This document shows, in pieces, positions 30,164-40,450 of a DNA stretch of 64,000 bases (position 1 is the stretch's first letter; each line of letters opens with the position of its first letter). The DNA lies in assembly GCA_964416985.1 (NCBI GenBank), contig CAYQFS010000001.1, forward strand, positions 153,365 through 217,364. The letters run 5' to 3'. The notes under the pieces are model-generated. The model did no database searches and was not told the DNA's origin. It worked only from the letters and a program-made list of their open reading frames with translations. Position numbers and translations under genes: made by a program. The stretch comes from an uncultured Candidatus Saccharibacteria bacterium. GTDB lineage: Bacteria; Patescibacteriota; Minisyncoccia; Phycocordibacterales; PALSA-1337.

Positions 30164-32860
30164 ATGTCCATATTCATCACGAAAGCAGACGGTACGCAAG
30201 AACTTCATAACGCCGATCGAGTCAACAGATCGATAGAACGTGCATGCGCGGGGCTTACCGATCCAATCTCAAAAGTCACTCAGATTGCGACTGAGACAAA
30301 CCTTACACTCTATAACGGCATTACAACTGATGAAATGGACAAGGCTACGATCAATGCAGCTGTTCAAAATATAAAAGAGGATGTGGAGTTCGATAAAGTC
30401 GCAACACGTCTCCTTATAAAGACTGTGTACCGAGCCGTGATCGGAGAATATGATAAGGACAACCCTGAGGATCTAAAGCAGAAGCATCGTGACGGTTTTA
30501 TTTCATATATAGAGAAGGGGATAAAGGACGGAAAGCTTCATCCAAAGATGAAGGAAAGTTTTGACCTGAACGCTCTTGCAGATACTCTTGCTCCTGATCG
30601 CGACGATCTTTTCCAGTACGCAGGACTCGATGGTCTCATAAACCGCTACATGATAAAGGATGCAGAGCAGAATCCTCTCGAGACTCCTCAGTACATGTTT
30701 ATGCGAATTGCTATGGGACTTTCATTTAATGAAAAGAATCCTACTGAGTATGCAAAAAAGTTCTATGGAAAAATGTCGAGACACGAATACATTGCCGGAG
30801 GATCAACAAATCTCGCCGCAGGAACCAACAAACCAGCCCTCTCAAACTGCTACCTTCTCGAAATTCATGACGACATGAACCACATTGCAAAGTCCGTTTC
30901 TGACATTATGCTTCTTTCAAAAGGATCGGGAGGGATCGGTGCATCTATTACAAAACTTCGAGCGACAGGATCTCCTCTCCACTCAAATTTCGGAGGAACA
31001 TCAAGCGGTCCCACACCTTTTGCAAAGATCATTGACGTTGCAATCCGAGCCATTATGCGAGGAGGAAAGAAGAAGGGAGCGCTCTGCTTCTATATGGAAA
31101 ACTGGCACATCGATTTCCAGGAGTTTATCGACTGGAAGAATAATGCCGGAGATGATCATATGAGAATGCGAACAGCAAATACTGCCGTATTTCTCTCAGA
31201 TGAGTTCATGAAAAGAGTTCGTGAGAACAAGGATTGGTATATGTTTGATCCAGCTGAAACAATCGATCTCAATGAGCTCTACGGACAGGCCTTTAGTGAT
31301 CGATATGTATATTACGTAGGAAAAGCGGATAGAGGTGAGCTCAGAGCTTTCAAGAAAATTCCTGCAGCAGAACAGTATCGACAGATCATTGTCGCTCTTC
31401 AGACGACATCACATCCATGGCTTGTGTGGAAAGACACCATCAACCTCCGTGCATTGAACAACAATACTGGAACCATCCACATGTCGAACCTTTGTACGGA
31501 AATTTGTCTTCCTCAGGACAAAAACAATGTAGCTGTATGTAATCTTGCATCGCTAAACCTAGCCGCACATGTGAACAACAAAGAGGTCAATTGGAGCCGA
31601 CTCGAGCAGAGCGTTCGTCTCGCTATACGTCAGCTCGATAACCTTATTGACATCAACATTCTTCCGATTCCAGAAGCTGCAAAGTCAGATCGAGAGAACA
31701 GAGCAATTGGACTCGGGGTCATGGGATTTGCAGATACGATTGAGAAGCTCGGCATGGCATACGACAGCGAGCATGCATGGGATTTTGCCGACAGAATATT
31801 CGAATTTGTAAGCTACATGGCAATAGATGAAAGTGCAAATCTCGCACAAGAGAGAGGAACGTACGCTCACTTCCAGGGATCTGAATGGTCAAAAGGAAAA
31901 GTTCCTGTCGATTCAATTGAAAAGCTCGAGACAGAAAGAAAAATTCCAGTTTCGGTTACACGAGGCAGCCGACATCGAGGTTTGAACTGGGATCTTCTTC
32001 GGGAAAAGGTAAAGAAGGGAATGAGAAATGCTACCCTCATGGCCGTTGCTCCAAATGCAAACATCGGACTCGTAGCAGGAACGACTCCAGGAATCGACGC
32101 CCGATTTGCTCAGGTTTTCTCTCGAAACAAAATTTCAGGAAAATATCTTGACTTGAACCACAATCTCGTCAAAGATTTGAAAAACATGGGAATCTGGGAA
32201 AAAGTTCGAGAGGATATTATTGAATACCAGGGTGATATTTCAGGCATCGATGGAATTCCTCAGTACATCAAGGATATTTACAAGACATCATTTACTACAT
32301 CTCCTCTTGCCTATATCGAGGTTGCAGCTCGTGCACAAAAATGGGTTGACCAGGCACTTTCACGAAATATGTATCTTGAGACTCGTGATATTGATGAAAC
32401 GATGAATATTTATATGACCGCATGGGAAAAAGGACTCAAGTCTACCTACTATCTCCATATGAAGCCTCGACACACCGCAGAGCAGAGTACAGTCAAGGTT
32501 AACAAGGCAGAAAAACTTGGTAAGAAAGGATTCGGCGCAGTTGCAAAGGCAATGGCCCAGACTCCTTCTGCAGAGGCAGCAACTATTTTCTCGACCCCAG
32601 TTATTTCGGTCACTCCAGCGCCAATGCCTGAACCCGTCATGGCTGCCCCAAAGCCTGCACCTCTTCGTGAGATGGCAAGTGCTGTTTCAACCGTTACCAA
32701 AGCACCCGCTCCTGCCCCAGTAGTGCATTCGTCAGCACCTACTGCTGCTACAAAAAAAGGTTTCGCACCTCTCGCTTCTCTCAGTGTTGCCCCAAAAGCC
32801 GCCCCAAAAGTCTGTCCTATCGATCCGGCTGAGCGAGCTCAGTGCGATAGCTGTCAATAA
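30164..32860 (+). CDS. nrdA: Class I ribonucleotide reductase alpha subunit with ATP cone
   Basis: ETPQ, LSNCY, SNLCTEI, VCNLAS, GLKSTYY, terminal CDSCQ. Confidence 0.96.
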   Translation: MSIFITKADGTQELHNADRVNRSIERACAGLTDPISKVTQIATETNLTLYNGITTDEMDKATINAAVQNIKEDVEFDKVATRLLIKTVYRAVIGEYDKDNPEDLKQKHRDGFISYIEKGIKDGKLHPKMKESFDLNALADTLAPDRDDLFQYAGLDGLINRYMIKDAEQNPLETPQYMFMRIAMGLSFNEKNPTEYAKKFYGKMSRHEYIAGGSTNLAAGTNKPALSNCYLLEIHDDMNHIAKSVSDIMLLSKGSGGIGASITKLRATGSPLHSNFGGTSSGPTPFAKIIDVAIRAIMRGGKKKGALCFYMENWHIDFQEFIDWKNNAGDDHMRMRTANTAVFLSDEFMKRVRENKDWYMFDPAETIDLNELYGQAFSDRYVYYVGKADRGELRAFKKIPAAEQYRQIIVALQTTSHPWLVWKDTINLRALNNNTGTIHMSNLCTEICLPQDKNNVAVCNLASLNLAAHVNNKEVNWSRLEQSVRLAIRQLDNLIDINILPIPEAAKSDRENRAIGLGVMGFADTIEKLGMAYDSEHAWDFADRIFEFVSYMAIDESANLAQERGTYAHFQGSEWSKGKVPVDSIEKLETERKIPVSVTRGSRHRGLNWDLLREKVKKGMRNATLMAVAPNANIGLVAGTTPGIDARFAQVFSRNKISGKYLDLNHNLVKDLKNMGIWEKVREDIIEYQGDISGIDGIPQYIKDIYKTSFTTSPLAYIEVAARAQKWVDQALSRNMYLETRDIDETMNIYMTAWEKGLKSTYYLHMKPRHTAEQSTVKVNKAEKLGKKGFGAVAKAMAQTPSAEAATIFSTPVISVTPAPMPEPVMAAPKPAPLREMASAVSTVTKAPAPAPVVHSSAPTAATKKGFAPLASLSVAPKAAPKVCPIDPAERAQCDSCQ

Positions 32861-32940
32861 TGTGATTGAGCTGTCAATTGATCTTTCGAAGACAAAGAGT
32901 AGAATGAATTTAATAGAATTATAATTAACATAACAACATT

Positions 32941-33960
32941 ATGCTTATAGGAAAACCATCACCCGAAGATACCAGTTTGCACCCAATCAAATATCAGTGG
33001 GCGTACGACCTCTACAACCAGGCTGTTCGAAATACGTGGTTTCCTCACGAGATTGCTTTGAAAGAGGATCTCGATGACTGGAAAAAAATGACCGATGATG
33101 AGAGACATGCGGTGGAGTTCCTTATGGCATTCTTCAATCCTGCCGAGCTCATCGTGAACCGCTCCATTGCCCTCGGAATCTATCCTTACCTCAAGAGCCC
33201 TGAATGCCATCTTTATCTCGCAAAACAAATGTGGGAAGAGGCAAATCATTGCATCGCTTTTGAATACGTTCTCGAAACGTTTCCTTTTGACCGGGAGAAA
33301 GTCTACGAACATCATCTCGATGTTCCATCGATGAAGGCAAAGGAAAATTATATCAACAAGTACATGAAGAGAATGACTGAAACTTCTCTCGATATTACTA
33401 CTACAGAAGGGAAGAAGGATTTCATTAGAAATCTTGTCGCTACAAATATCGTGATGGAAGGAATCTGGTTTTATTCCGGCTTCATGGTGGTTCTCTCATT
33501 CCGTCAGAGAAAGCAGCTTCGAAATTTTGGGTCGATGATCAACTGGGTTCTTCGCGACGAAAGTCTTCATCTCAAGTTCGGAATCAACCTCATTCACAAT
33601 GTTCTCGAGGAAAATCAGGATCTCTTGACTGAAGATTTCGCAAACGATATTCGAAACATCATCATTGAAGGTGTTGACCGAGAAGTTGATTACAACAAGG
33701 ATCTTTTCCCAAATGGAATTCTCGGACTCAATGCTGACTATGTAAATCAGTATGTGCAGTACGTTGCTGACCGACGACTTGAAGAGCTCGGATTCCCAAC
33801 TCACTACAATGTCACAAATCCTGCAAAATGGATGTCGACAGCGACAGATGTGTATGAACTCGTTAACTTTTTTGAATCACAGAACACAAGCTACGAAGTA
33901 GATGTGAGAGCGCACGCGAAGGGGAAAGAGGGAGCATCGGCGGAAAAAAGTGGTGAGTAG
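32941..33960 (+). CDS. nrdB: Class I ribonucleotide reductase beta subunit (class Ic signature)
   Basis: FFNPAE, EEANH, EGIWFYSGF, RDESLH, NFFE. Confidence 0.95.
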   Translation: MLIGKPSPEDTSLHPIKYQWAYDLYNQAVRNTWFPHEIALKEDLDDWKKMTDDERHAVEFLMAFFNPAELIVNRSIALGIYPYLKSPECHLYLAKQMWEEANHCIAFEYVLETFPFDREKVYEHHLDVPSMKAKENYINKYMKRMTETSLDITTTEGKKDFIRNLVATNIVMEGIWFYSGFMVVLSFRQRKQLRNFGSMINWVLRDESLHLKFGINLIHNVLEENQDLLTEDFANDIRNIIIEGVDREVDYNKDLFPNGILGLNADYVNQYVQYVADRRLEELGFPTHYNVTNPAKWMSTATDVYELVNFFESQNTSYEVDVRAHAKGKEGASAEKSGE

Positions 33961-34006
33961 GTGTGTAATCTGACCACTTTAGCTAACTAAAGTGCCATAA
34001 AAAGAC

Positions 34007-34030
34007 AAACCGCTCCTGAAGGGGCGGTTT
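34007..34030. terminator. Terminator hairpin between convergent genes
   Basis: AAACCGCTCC-TGAA-GGGGCGGTTT. Confidence 0.7.
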
Positions 34031-34051
34031 GAGTTGATTGTGCCGATTTCT

Positions 34052-34357
34052 TTATCTGATTCCTTTGCCAGGGTCAGACAAGAAACTGTATTGGCTCGTA
34101 GCTTCGCAGGCTTCCAGTTTGAGTCTTTCGCTGTTGATCCCTAGAGTGCAGGCAGCCTGGCACAGATCCTGGAAGTGTTGATCGGAGTCACCATCGTCCC
34201 TAAATCCAGACCCCAATCCTGTAATGCAAATACATTTTACTCCGTTACCCATGCCCAATTTTTGGAAATGAGTTTCTACCTGATCACTTTTGATGCTATC
34301 GGGGATCAGCTTGAATTTTGTGGTTTTATCGGCTAGTTCAATAAGAGCAAGTTTCAT
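34052..34357 (-). CDS. Hypothetical protein
   Basis: 101-aa ORF, GGAG SD, upstream TTGACA-17-TATTTT promoter. Confidence 0.6.
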   Translation of the reverse strand: MKLALIELADKTTKFKLIPDSIKSDQVETHFQKLGMGNGVKCICITGLGSGFRDDGDSDQHFQDLCQAACTLGINSERLKLEACEATSQYSFLSDPGKGIR

Positions 34358-34443
34358 TCGGTAATCTCCGGTTAATTGTTTAATTTAAAATATCACCCAT
34401 AGCTACCCTTGTCAATGTCTATTAAATATAGTATGATTTCCTC

Positions 34444-34731
34444 ACGTGACAGACAACCGCTGCTTGCCGCAAGGTGGGTAGAGGAAAGTCCGAACACCGG
34501 CCGCCGCAAGGCGTGCAGAAAGGTAGCGGGTAACGCCCGTCCATCGCGAGATGCGAGGTGCGAACAGTGACGAATCCCTTAAGTGGGAGTGAAACGGCAA
34601 AATCCTTACCCCGGTGCAAGGCCGTGCTCGCGTAAGCGAGAGTGCCGCTTGAGGCCCACCGCAAGGCGGGTCCCAGATAAATGGTTGTCGTCCGTCTTTT
34701 GGCGGATACAGAATTCGGCTTATCGTTACGT
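34444..34731 (+). ncRNA. rnpB: RNase P RNA
   Basis: GAGGAAAGTCC, AGTGAAACGGC, ACAGAATTCGGCTTAT conserved regions; P1 ACGTGAC/GTTACGT. Confidence 0.96.
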
Positions 34732-34736
34732 ACATC

Positions 34737-34765
34737 AAAAAGCTTCCCTTAACGGGAGGCTTTTT
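34737..34765 (+). terminator. rnpB terminator
   Basis: AAAAAGCTTCCC...GGGAGGCTTTTT. Confidence 0.75.
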
Positions 34766-34811
34766 GCTATAATTACTCTCACTAGCAATAACAAAAATAA
34801 TACAAAATACT

Positions 34812-37292
34812 ATGGATCTTCCAACAACACGTAACGATGCTCATGCTTCAGGAGTTTTCGAATCAAGAGCAGCCGAACATGTAAAAAATTCCTCAGGGCA
34901 GGGGATGTTTGAGCGGGTTTCTTTCTATCTTTTCCTCGCAACACTTTTTCTTGCACCTCTCGCATTCCTTCCTTCAGTACCTCTTGATGTTGTAAAGACT
35001 GTTATTGTGAGTGTCGGAGTTCTCGCAACGATTATTTTCTACATAGTTGGAATGATTCGAAACAAAAGTCTGAGCATTCCAAAGGGGGATCTTGCTTACG
35101 CATCTTTGGCTGTCGTTGCATCTCTTTTTGTTTCAGCATGTGTAAGTACAAATCCAGCAAAATCGTTCTTCGGTCAGGGATTTGAAATAGGTACGGCAAG
35201 TTTTCTCATCCTCATGTTTGTTGTCGCATTTTTCGTCGGAAAAATTGCTGAAAAAAATAAAGAAAGGACATTTAACATCTATGCTGCAATACTTATTTCC
35301 TTTATTATCGTCGCCCTCTTTCAGATTATGCGTATTTTGGGGGGTGAGGGCTTTATGACTCTTGGATTTTTGAACTCACTTGCTTCAACGATCGTAGGTA
35401 AATGGTATGATTTTGGAATATTTGCTGGCCTTGTGGGAATTCTCTCTCTCGTCGGTATAAAATTCCTTTCTCCAGGAAAAGGAATGAAAATACTTCTCAC
35501 AGTAGTCCTTCTCGTTTGCGGACTCTCTCTCTTTGTCGTTAATTTTAATTTGGCATGGTGGGCACTTGCAGTGACCTCTCTTGCCCTCGGAGTCTACGAA
35601 TACACTTCACGACCAGCACAGGGAAGCGGTCTCAAGAAAATTTTTTCACGAATTTCTCTCCTCACTCTCATAGTTCTCGTCATCTCAGTCTCTCTTGCTT
35701 GGAAGGGAAAGACTCTTGCTTCTCCGACAGCCGAAAAGTTGAGACTCAATTATGGAGAACTCATCCTTCCGTGGCAAATGACTATCGACGTAACGGCAGA
35801 CACGATCAAGGAATCGCCTTTCTTTGGAGCAGGCCCAAACCGCTTTGGAGTTGAATTTCTCAAATATAAGCCCTTCCAGGCGATCAATCCAAGCGCTTAC
35901 TGGGCAGCAGAGTTTACAAGTGGCTTTGGAATGCTTCCAACAGTTGGAGCAACTCAGGGAATTATCGGACTTGTGGCATGGGTCATCTTCTTCATCTTCT
36001 TCATTCGCCTTGGAATCAGCGGGCTTCGAAAGCAAGGCGATCATGTCAAGAGATTCATGATAACTTCTTCGTTCTTCGGAGCACTTTTCCTCTGGATTAT
36101 CCATTTCATGTACGTTTCTTCTCATGTAATGCTTTTCCTCGCATTTGTTATGACAGGACTTTTTATTGCTACTCTTGCACGAGAAGGCCTTGTTACTTTC
36201 AAGGAAATTGGACTCAGGGAGGGAAGTGGAAAGTTAAAGAAATATTCTCCAATTCTCTCCGCACTTCTTCTCGTAATTGCTATCGCATGGCTTGGTTCGT
36301 ATGTAAAGAAGGCAGTTGCTATTGCCTACTTCCAGAGTGGAGTTCGCCAGCTCAATTCAGCCCAGATGCCTGATGCCGCTCTTGCAAAATTCAAAAAAGC
36401 TCTCTTCTGGAATACGTCAGATGTTTATTACCAAGCAATGTCTGAAACAGATATTGTACGGATTGGAACATTAGCTCAGCAGATTCAGACAACAGCAGCA
36501 CAGACAGGAACACAGCCTGACGCAAAGGCAGTAGAACAAGTAACAAACCTCGTCACCGAGGCTTTGGATTATACAAAGAAGGCTGTTTCTATAGATCCGA
36601 CAAATTATTACAACTACTCAGCACAGGCTCATATTTTGGAAGTAGCATCTTCTCTCAAAATTCCAAATGCATATGAAAATGCAAAAGCAGCCTATGCCGC
36701 AGCTCTCGCTCTCAATCCATGGAACCCAGCTCTCTACCTCAAGCTCGCACGTCTCGAAGTCTCACAGAATCATCTTGCTGATGCTCAGCAGTATATTGGA
36801 CGAGCACTCCAGCTCAAGCAGAATTACACAGAAGCTATCTTCCTCCTTTCTCAGATACAGGTTGCCAATGGTCAGATAAAAGACGCTATCACATCGGTTC
36901 AAGTGGCGACACAGATCAATCCTTCAGAACCACTTCTATTCTTCCAGCTTGGATTCCTCTATTACAATGACAAAAATTATTCCGAGGCTGCTGCAGCTCT
37001 TTCAAAGGCAGTCGAGCTTGATCCTCAGTACGCAAACGCTCGATACTTCCTCGGTCTCTCATATTCGCGACTTGGAAAGAATCTTGATGCTATAACTCAG
37101 TTTGAAGAGCTCGCAAAAACCAATCCAAATAGCCAAGAGGTTGCTTTCATCCTCGGAAATCTCAAGGCAGGGAAGTCGCCGTTTACTGATGCGGCTGCTC
37201 CTATCGACAGCAAGCCTGAAAAGAGATCGACTCTTCCAATTGATGAGACAAAGACCAAGGACAAGCCTGCAACAAAAGCAAAAGCAAAATAA
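34812..37292 (+). CDS. Multi-pass membrane protein (O-antigen-ligase-like) with C-terminal TPR repeats
   Basis: About 12 TM segments, PFFGAGPNRF, repeated A..L.P TPR pattern. Confidence 0.8.
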   Translation: MDLPTTRNDAHASGVFESRAAEHVKNSSGQGMFERVSFYLFLATLFLAPLAFLPSVPLDVVKTVIVSVGVLATIIFYIVGMIRNKSLSIPKGDLAYASLAVVASLFVSACVSTNPAKSFFGQGFEIGTASFLILMFVVAFFVGKIAEKNKERTFNIYAAILISFIIVALFQIMRILGGEGFMTLGFLNSLASTIVGKWYDFGIFAGLVGILSLVGIKFLSPGKGMKILLTVVLLVCGLSLFVVNFNLAWWALAVTSLALGVYEYTSRPAQGSGLKKIFSRISLLTLIVLVISVSLAWKGKTLASPTAEKLRLNYGELILPWQMTIDVTADTIKESPFFGAGPNRFGVEFLKYKPFQAINPSAYWAAEFTSGFGMLPTVGATQGIIGLVAWVIFFIFFIRLGISGLRKQGDHVKRFMITSSFFGALFLWIIHFMYVSSHVMLFLAFVMTGLFIATLAREGLVTFKEIGLREGSGKLKKYSPILSALLLVIAIAWLGSYVKKAVAIAYFQSGVRQLNSAQMPDAALAKFKKALFWNTSDVYYQAMSETDIVRIGTLAQQIQTTAAQTGTQPDAKAVEQVTNLVTEALDYTKKAVSIDPTNYYNYSAQAHILEVASSLKIPNAYENAKAAYAAALALNPWNPALYLKLARLEVSQNHLADAQQYIGRALQLKQNYTEAIFLLSQIQVANGQIKDAITSVQVATQINPSEPLLFFQLGFLYYNDKNYSEAAAALSKAVELDPQYANARYFLGLSYSRLGKNLDAITQFEELAKTNPNSQEVAFILGNLKAGKSPFTDAAAPIDSKPEKRSTLPIDETKTKDKPATKAKAK

Positions 37293-37309
37293 TCGGCCGA
37301 TATTATTAC

Positions 37310-38989
37310 ATGGTAAAAAGGTTCTTCAGCCTCTTCGGGAAGGAAATTACAGGGATTCATGAGGCGGCGTATCTTCTGGCCTTTTTTGCCTTTGCTTCGC
37401 AACTTCTTGCTCTTGTCCGCGACAAGCTCCTTGCATTTAGTTTTGGTGCGGGACCTCTTCTCGATATCTACTACGCGGCCTTTCGAATCCCAGATCTCAT
37501 CTTTGTCTCGATAGCATCAGTAGTTTCGGCTTCGGTTCTTATTCCTTTTTTCATCGACCGGACTCAAAATGATGCAGATAAAGGAAGGGAATTCATCGAT
37601 AATGTTTTCTCGGCATTCTTTATTGCAGTTGTTTTAACGAGTATTGTTGTTGGAATCTTTGCTCCGCAACTTGTGGCCTTTCTTCTCCCCGGGTTTGCTC
37701 ATGGCACATCTCTCCCGCTCATCATTACTGCAACAAGAATTCTTCTTCTTTCTCCTGTTCTCCTCGGTATTTCCAATTTCTTTTCTAGCATTACCCAGAT
37801 GCACAGAAGATTTTTAGTCTACGCCTTGAGCCCTCTCGTTTACAACGTTGGTATTATCATCGGCATTGTTTGTCTCTACCCAGTTTTTGGAATGGTTGGT
37901 CTCATCTGGGGAGTTGTCATTGGAGCTTTTCTTCATATGGCAATTCAGATCCCGTTCATCATAAACACTGGCTTCTTTCCTCGCTTTCGTTTTGCTATCG
38001 ATTTTTCTGCCATCAAAAAAGTTGTTTTCATTTCTCTCCCACGGACCCTTACTCTCTCGTCAAACCAGCTCGCTTCTTTTTTCCTCGTTGCTCTTGCGTC
38101 TCTCATGAGTGGGGGATCGATCTCTATTTTTAACCTCGCATTCAACCTTCAGTCGGTACCTCTCTCAATTGTTGGTGTGAGCTATTCCTCAGCAATTTTT
38201 CCTACACTCTCAAAATTCTTTGTAAATGGGGAACGGGCCGGTTTTCTCCAGAAAATGATCGAATCAGCACGGCATATTATTTTCTGGTCGATCCCAATTA
38301 CTGTCCTTTTTGTCGTCCTTCGCGCACAGATTGTTCGTACAATTTATGGGGCAGGGCAATTTGACTGGGCTGATACTCGTCTTACAGCTGCAACTCTTGC
38401 CATCTTTATTCTTTCTGTTGTTGGTCAGAGCCTCATTCTTCTTTTTGTTCGTGCATATTATGCCGAAGGAAAGACCTCAAAACCTCTCATTGTGAATATT
38501 GTCTCAGCTGTCGTCATTGCCACTCTTGGTTACATCCTTACAAAAGCTTTCTATGCTTTTCCGATATTTGCTTACTTCATTGAAGAAATTTTCAAAGTTT
38601 CAGGTCAAGGGGGCACGAGCGTCCTCGTCCTTGCTCTCGCATATTCTCTCGGTGTCTTTTTGAACACCTATCTCCACTGGTATATGTTTGAGAGGGATTA
38701 TCCTGGTTTCACTCGCCCAGTCCTCATCACCCTTTTCCAGAGTTTTGCTTCCTCCGTCATCATGGGCTATGTGACGTTCGTCTCTCTTCGTTTCTTTGAT
38801 CTTTTCTTTTCTCTTGAAAAAGCTTGGGGTGTTTTTTTCCAGGGATTCTGTGCTGGAATCGTAGGAATTATTTCGGGAATTATCGTTCTCGTTCTGCTTA
38901 AAAATAATGAAATAAAGGAGGTGTGGAATACGCTCCACCATAAGTTCTGGAAGTCAAAGGTAGTGGTGCCAGATCAGGAGACGTTGTGA
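37310..38989 (+). CDS. murJ: Lipid II flippase MurJ
   Basis: LVRDKLLA..FGAG..LDIYYAAFRIPD, P..YNVGII. Confidence 0.92.
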   Translation: MVKRFFSLFGKEITGIHEAAYLLAFFAFASQLLALVRDKLLAFSFGAGPLLDIYYAAFRIPDLIFVSIASVVSASVLIPFFIDRTQNDADKGREFIDNVFSAFFIAVVLTSIVVGIFAPQLVAFLLPGFAHGTSLPLIITATRILLLSPVLLGISNFFSSITQMHRRFLVYALSPLVYNVGIIIGIVCLYPVFGMVGLIWGVVIGAFLHMAIQIPFIINTGFFPRFRFAIDFSAIKKVVFISLPRTLTLSSNQLASFFLVALASLMSGGSISIFNLAFNLQSVPLSIVGVSYSSAIFPTLSKFFVNGERAGFLQKMIESARHIIFWSIPITVLFVVLRAQIVRTIYGAGQFDWADTRLTAATLAIFILSVVGQSLILLFVRAYYAEGKTSKPLIVNIVSAVVIATLGYILTKAFYAFPIFAYFIEEIFKVSGQGGTSVLVLALAYSLGVFLNTYLHWYMFERDYPGFTRPVLITLFQSFASSVIMGYVTFVSLRFFDLFFSLEKAWGVFFQGFCAGIVGIISGIIVLVLLKNNEIKEVWNTLHHKFWKSKVVVPDQETL

Positions 38990-39082
38990 TTTAGAGGGAA
39001 GATGGTGATGCGATAGAATATTAAATTTAGGAAAAAAGTGCCTCCCGTTTTTTTTCGAGAGGCACACGTAAACTCAACACTC

Positions 39083-39271
39083 TTAGGATTTCGTAACCAG
39101 AATTCTCAGAAAAGCCCTCGTGGTCTTTGCCTGCTTCGGCGTTAGCTGTATTTTACTCTTAGGATCGAAGTGACGCCTAGCATTTCGGACCACAGCGGCT
39201 CCGACAAAATCATGATCACGAAAAAGTTTTCTTCTGTATTTTTGGCAAACATCGTGAATTGTAACTTTCAT
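39083..39271 (-). CDS. Small hypothetical protein (62 aa)
   Basis: AGGAG SD, TTGACA promoter near 39330, terminator near 39033-39066. Confidence 0.55.
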   Translation of the reverse strand: MKVTIHDVCQKYRRKLFRDHDFVGAAVVRNARRHFDPKSKIQLTPKQAKTTRAFLRILVTKS

Positions 39272-39423
39272 ATTGTTCTCCTATAGGATCAGTTTAAGTC
39301 ACAATAACACGGTTAAAATGTGTTTGTCAATTTGAGAAGATGGTAGTGTCATAGAGTTTAAGATTTAGGTTAGCCTTGACAATTGACTATTATGTGATAC
39401 AATATAGTAAGAAAGGCTAAATT

Positions 39424-39672
39424 ATGAAAATGAACATTAAACTTCCGGGAAAAATTAAGGTGGCTAGCCATATTATTGATCGGCCACCTCAACCGCTCAT
39501 TGTCTCGAGCAACAATGGTAACCAATCCATTGTAATCCAGACTTTTTGCTGGAAACAGAGCAATGCAGAATGGTTGATGATCATCACTGGAGTTATGACG
39601 GACACACAGAAGCCGTTTTCCGGTGAAATCAAGAATTCTGACGGAACCGGAACGATCGAAGTAACCGAATAA
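39424..39672 (+). CDS. Small hypothetical protein (82 aa)
   Basis: TTGACA...TACAAT promoter, GAAAGG SD-like element, hairpin directly after the stop. Confidence 0.6.
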   Translation: MKMNIKLPGKIKVASHIIDRPPQPLIVSSNNGNQSIVIQTFCWKQSNAEWLMIITGVMTDTQKPFSGEIKNSDGTGTIEVTE

Positions 39673-39813
39673 CCCACCATCTCAAACACGGAAGATCCAT
39701 GTGCGAGAGGTGGGTTTTCTGTTAATGGAAGATGGTGGTGTCGTGGAGTTTAAGGGCAGAGTTGACAAATTAAGATAAAGCAATTATAGTTTGAAAAAAA
39801 GAAAGGTCTTTGC

Positions 39814-40365
39814 ATGAAAATAATAATTCGACGGATGCCCCCAACCAAGGTGTCTGGTATTGAGTTGTCCAGATATGTTGCTTGGAATGAATCAGATTCT
39901 GAACAGCAGTTTTTTGGAGTAAGTGAAGCAAGTGCGGTTGGTGAGCTGGTCATGAGTGTGGCATCTAGTCTGGGATTAGAGATAGTTAAACTACCCCAGA
40001 TTGAAAAAGCTTCTGTGGAAAGGATGGTAGGGGATGTCGTCACGGGATTAAATTTACCACTTCCGCCATTTGACTGGAAAAAAGAAAAGAATAAGTCCGA
40101 ACGTTGTGAATTTACGCCAGAAGCATGGGAACAGATCCTGAGATTGGATTGGTCACGTCGCATGCGCGATATACTACTATCGATCAAAGGGAAAGAACTC
40201 GGAAAATTACAAGCTTCAGACGTTGAAGGTTTCAGTCCAACAACCTCAGCGGATTTCAATAGAAAATGCTATGAGTCTTTGTTGCCTTGGAGGATTTACT
40301 TGTTTAAGAAGTCTGGGCAACAATATTGGGGTAAGGGTTATATTCTAACCTACTGTAGCACGTAA
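39814..40365 (+). CDS. Hypothetical protein
   Basis: TTGACA-17-TATAGT promoter, GAAAGG SD-like element, terminator at 40390-40425. Confidence 0.6.
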   Translation: MKIIIRRMPPTKVSGIELSRYVAWNESDSEQQFFGVSEASAVGELVMSVASSLGLEIVKLPQIEKASVERMVGDVVTGLNLPLPPFDWKKEKNKSERCEFTPEAWEQILRLDWSRRMRDILLSIKGKELGKLQASDVEGFSPTTSADFNRKCYESLLPWRIYLFKKSGQQYWGKGYILTYCST

Positions 40366-40450
40366 CCTAAAGCTCATTATCTCAACATTGAAACCTACTG
40401 TCGCGAGATGGTGGGTTTCTTTTTTATATTGCATTAAGGATATGGGACCA

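Larger units (their letters stand above)
38998..39754 (+). repeat. Three degenerate 27-34 bp direct repeats at 38998, 39336 and 39728
   Basis: GAAGATGGTGATGCGATAGAATATTAAATTTAGG / GAAGATGGTAGTGTCATAGAGTTTAAGATTTAGG / GAAGATGGTGGTGTCGTGGAGTTTAAG. Confidence 0.7.

Noticed and set aside
34422-34834. ORFs of 80-98 aa in the ORF track
   Set aside because: They overlap the RNase P RNA and are shadow frames
38998-39754. CRISPR array or classical integron
   Set aside because: Repeats are degenerate, 340-390 bp apart with whole genes between them; no cas or intI gene and no clean RYYYAAC/GTTRRRY pairs
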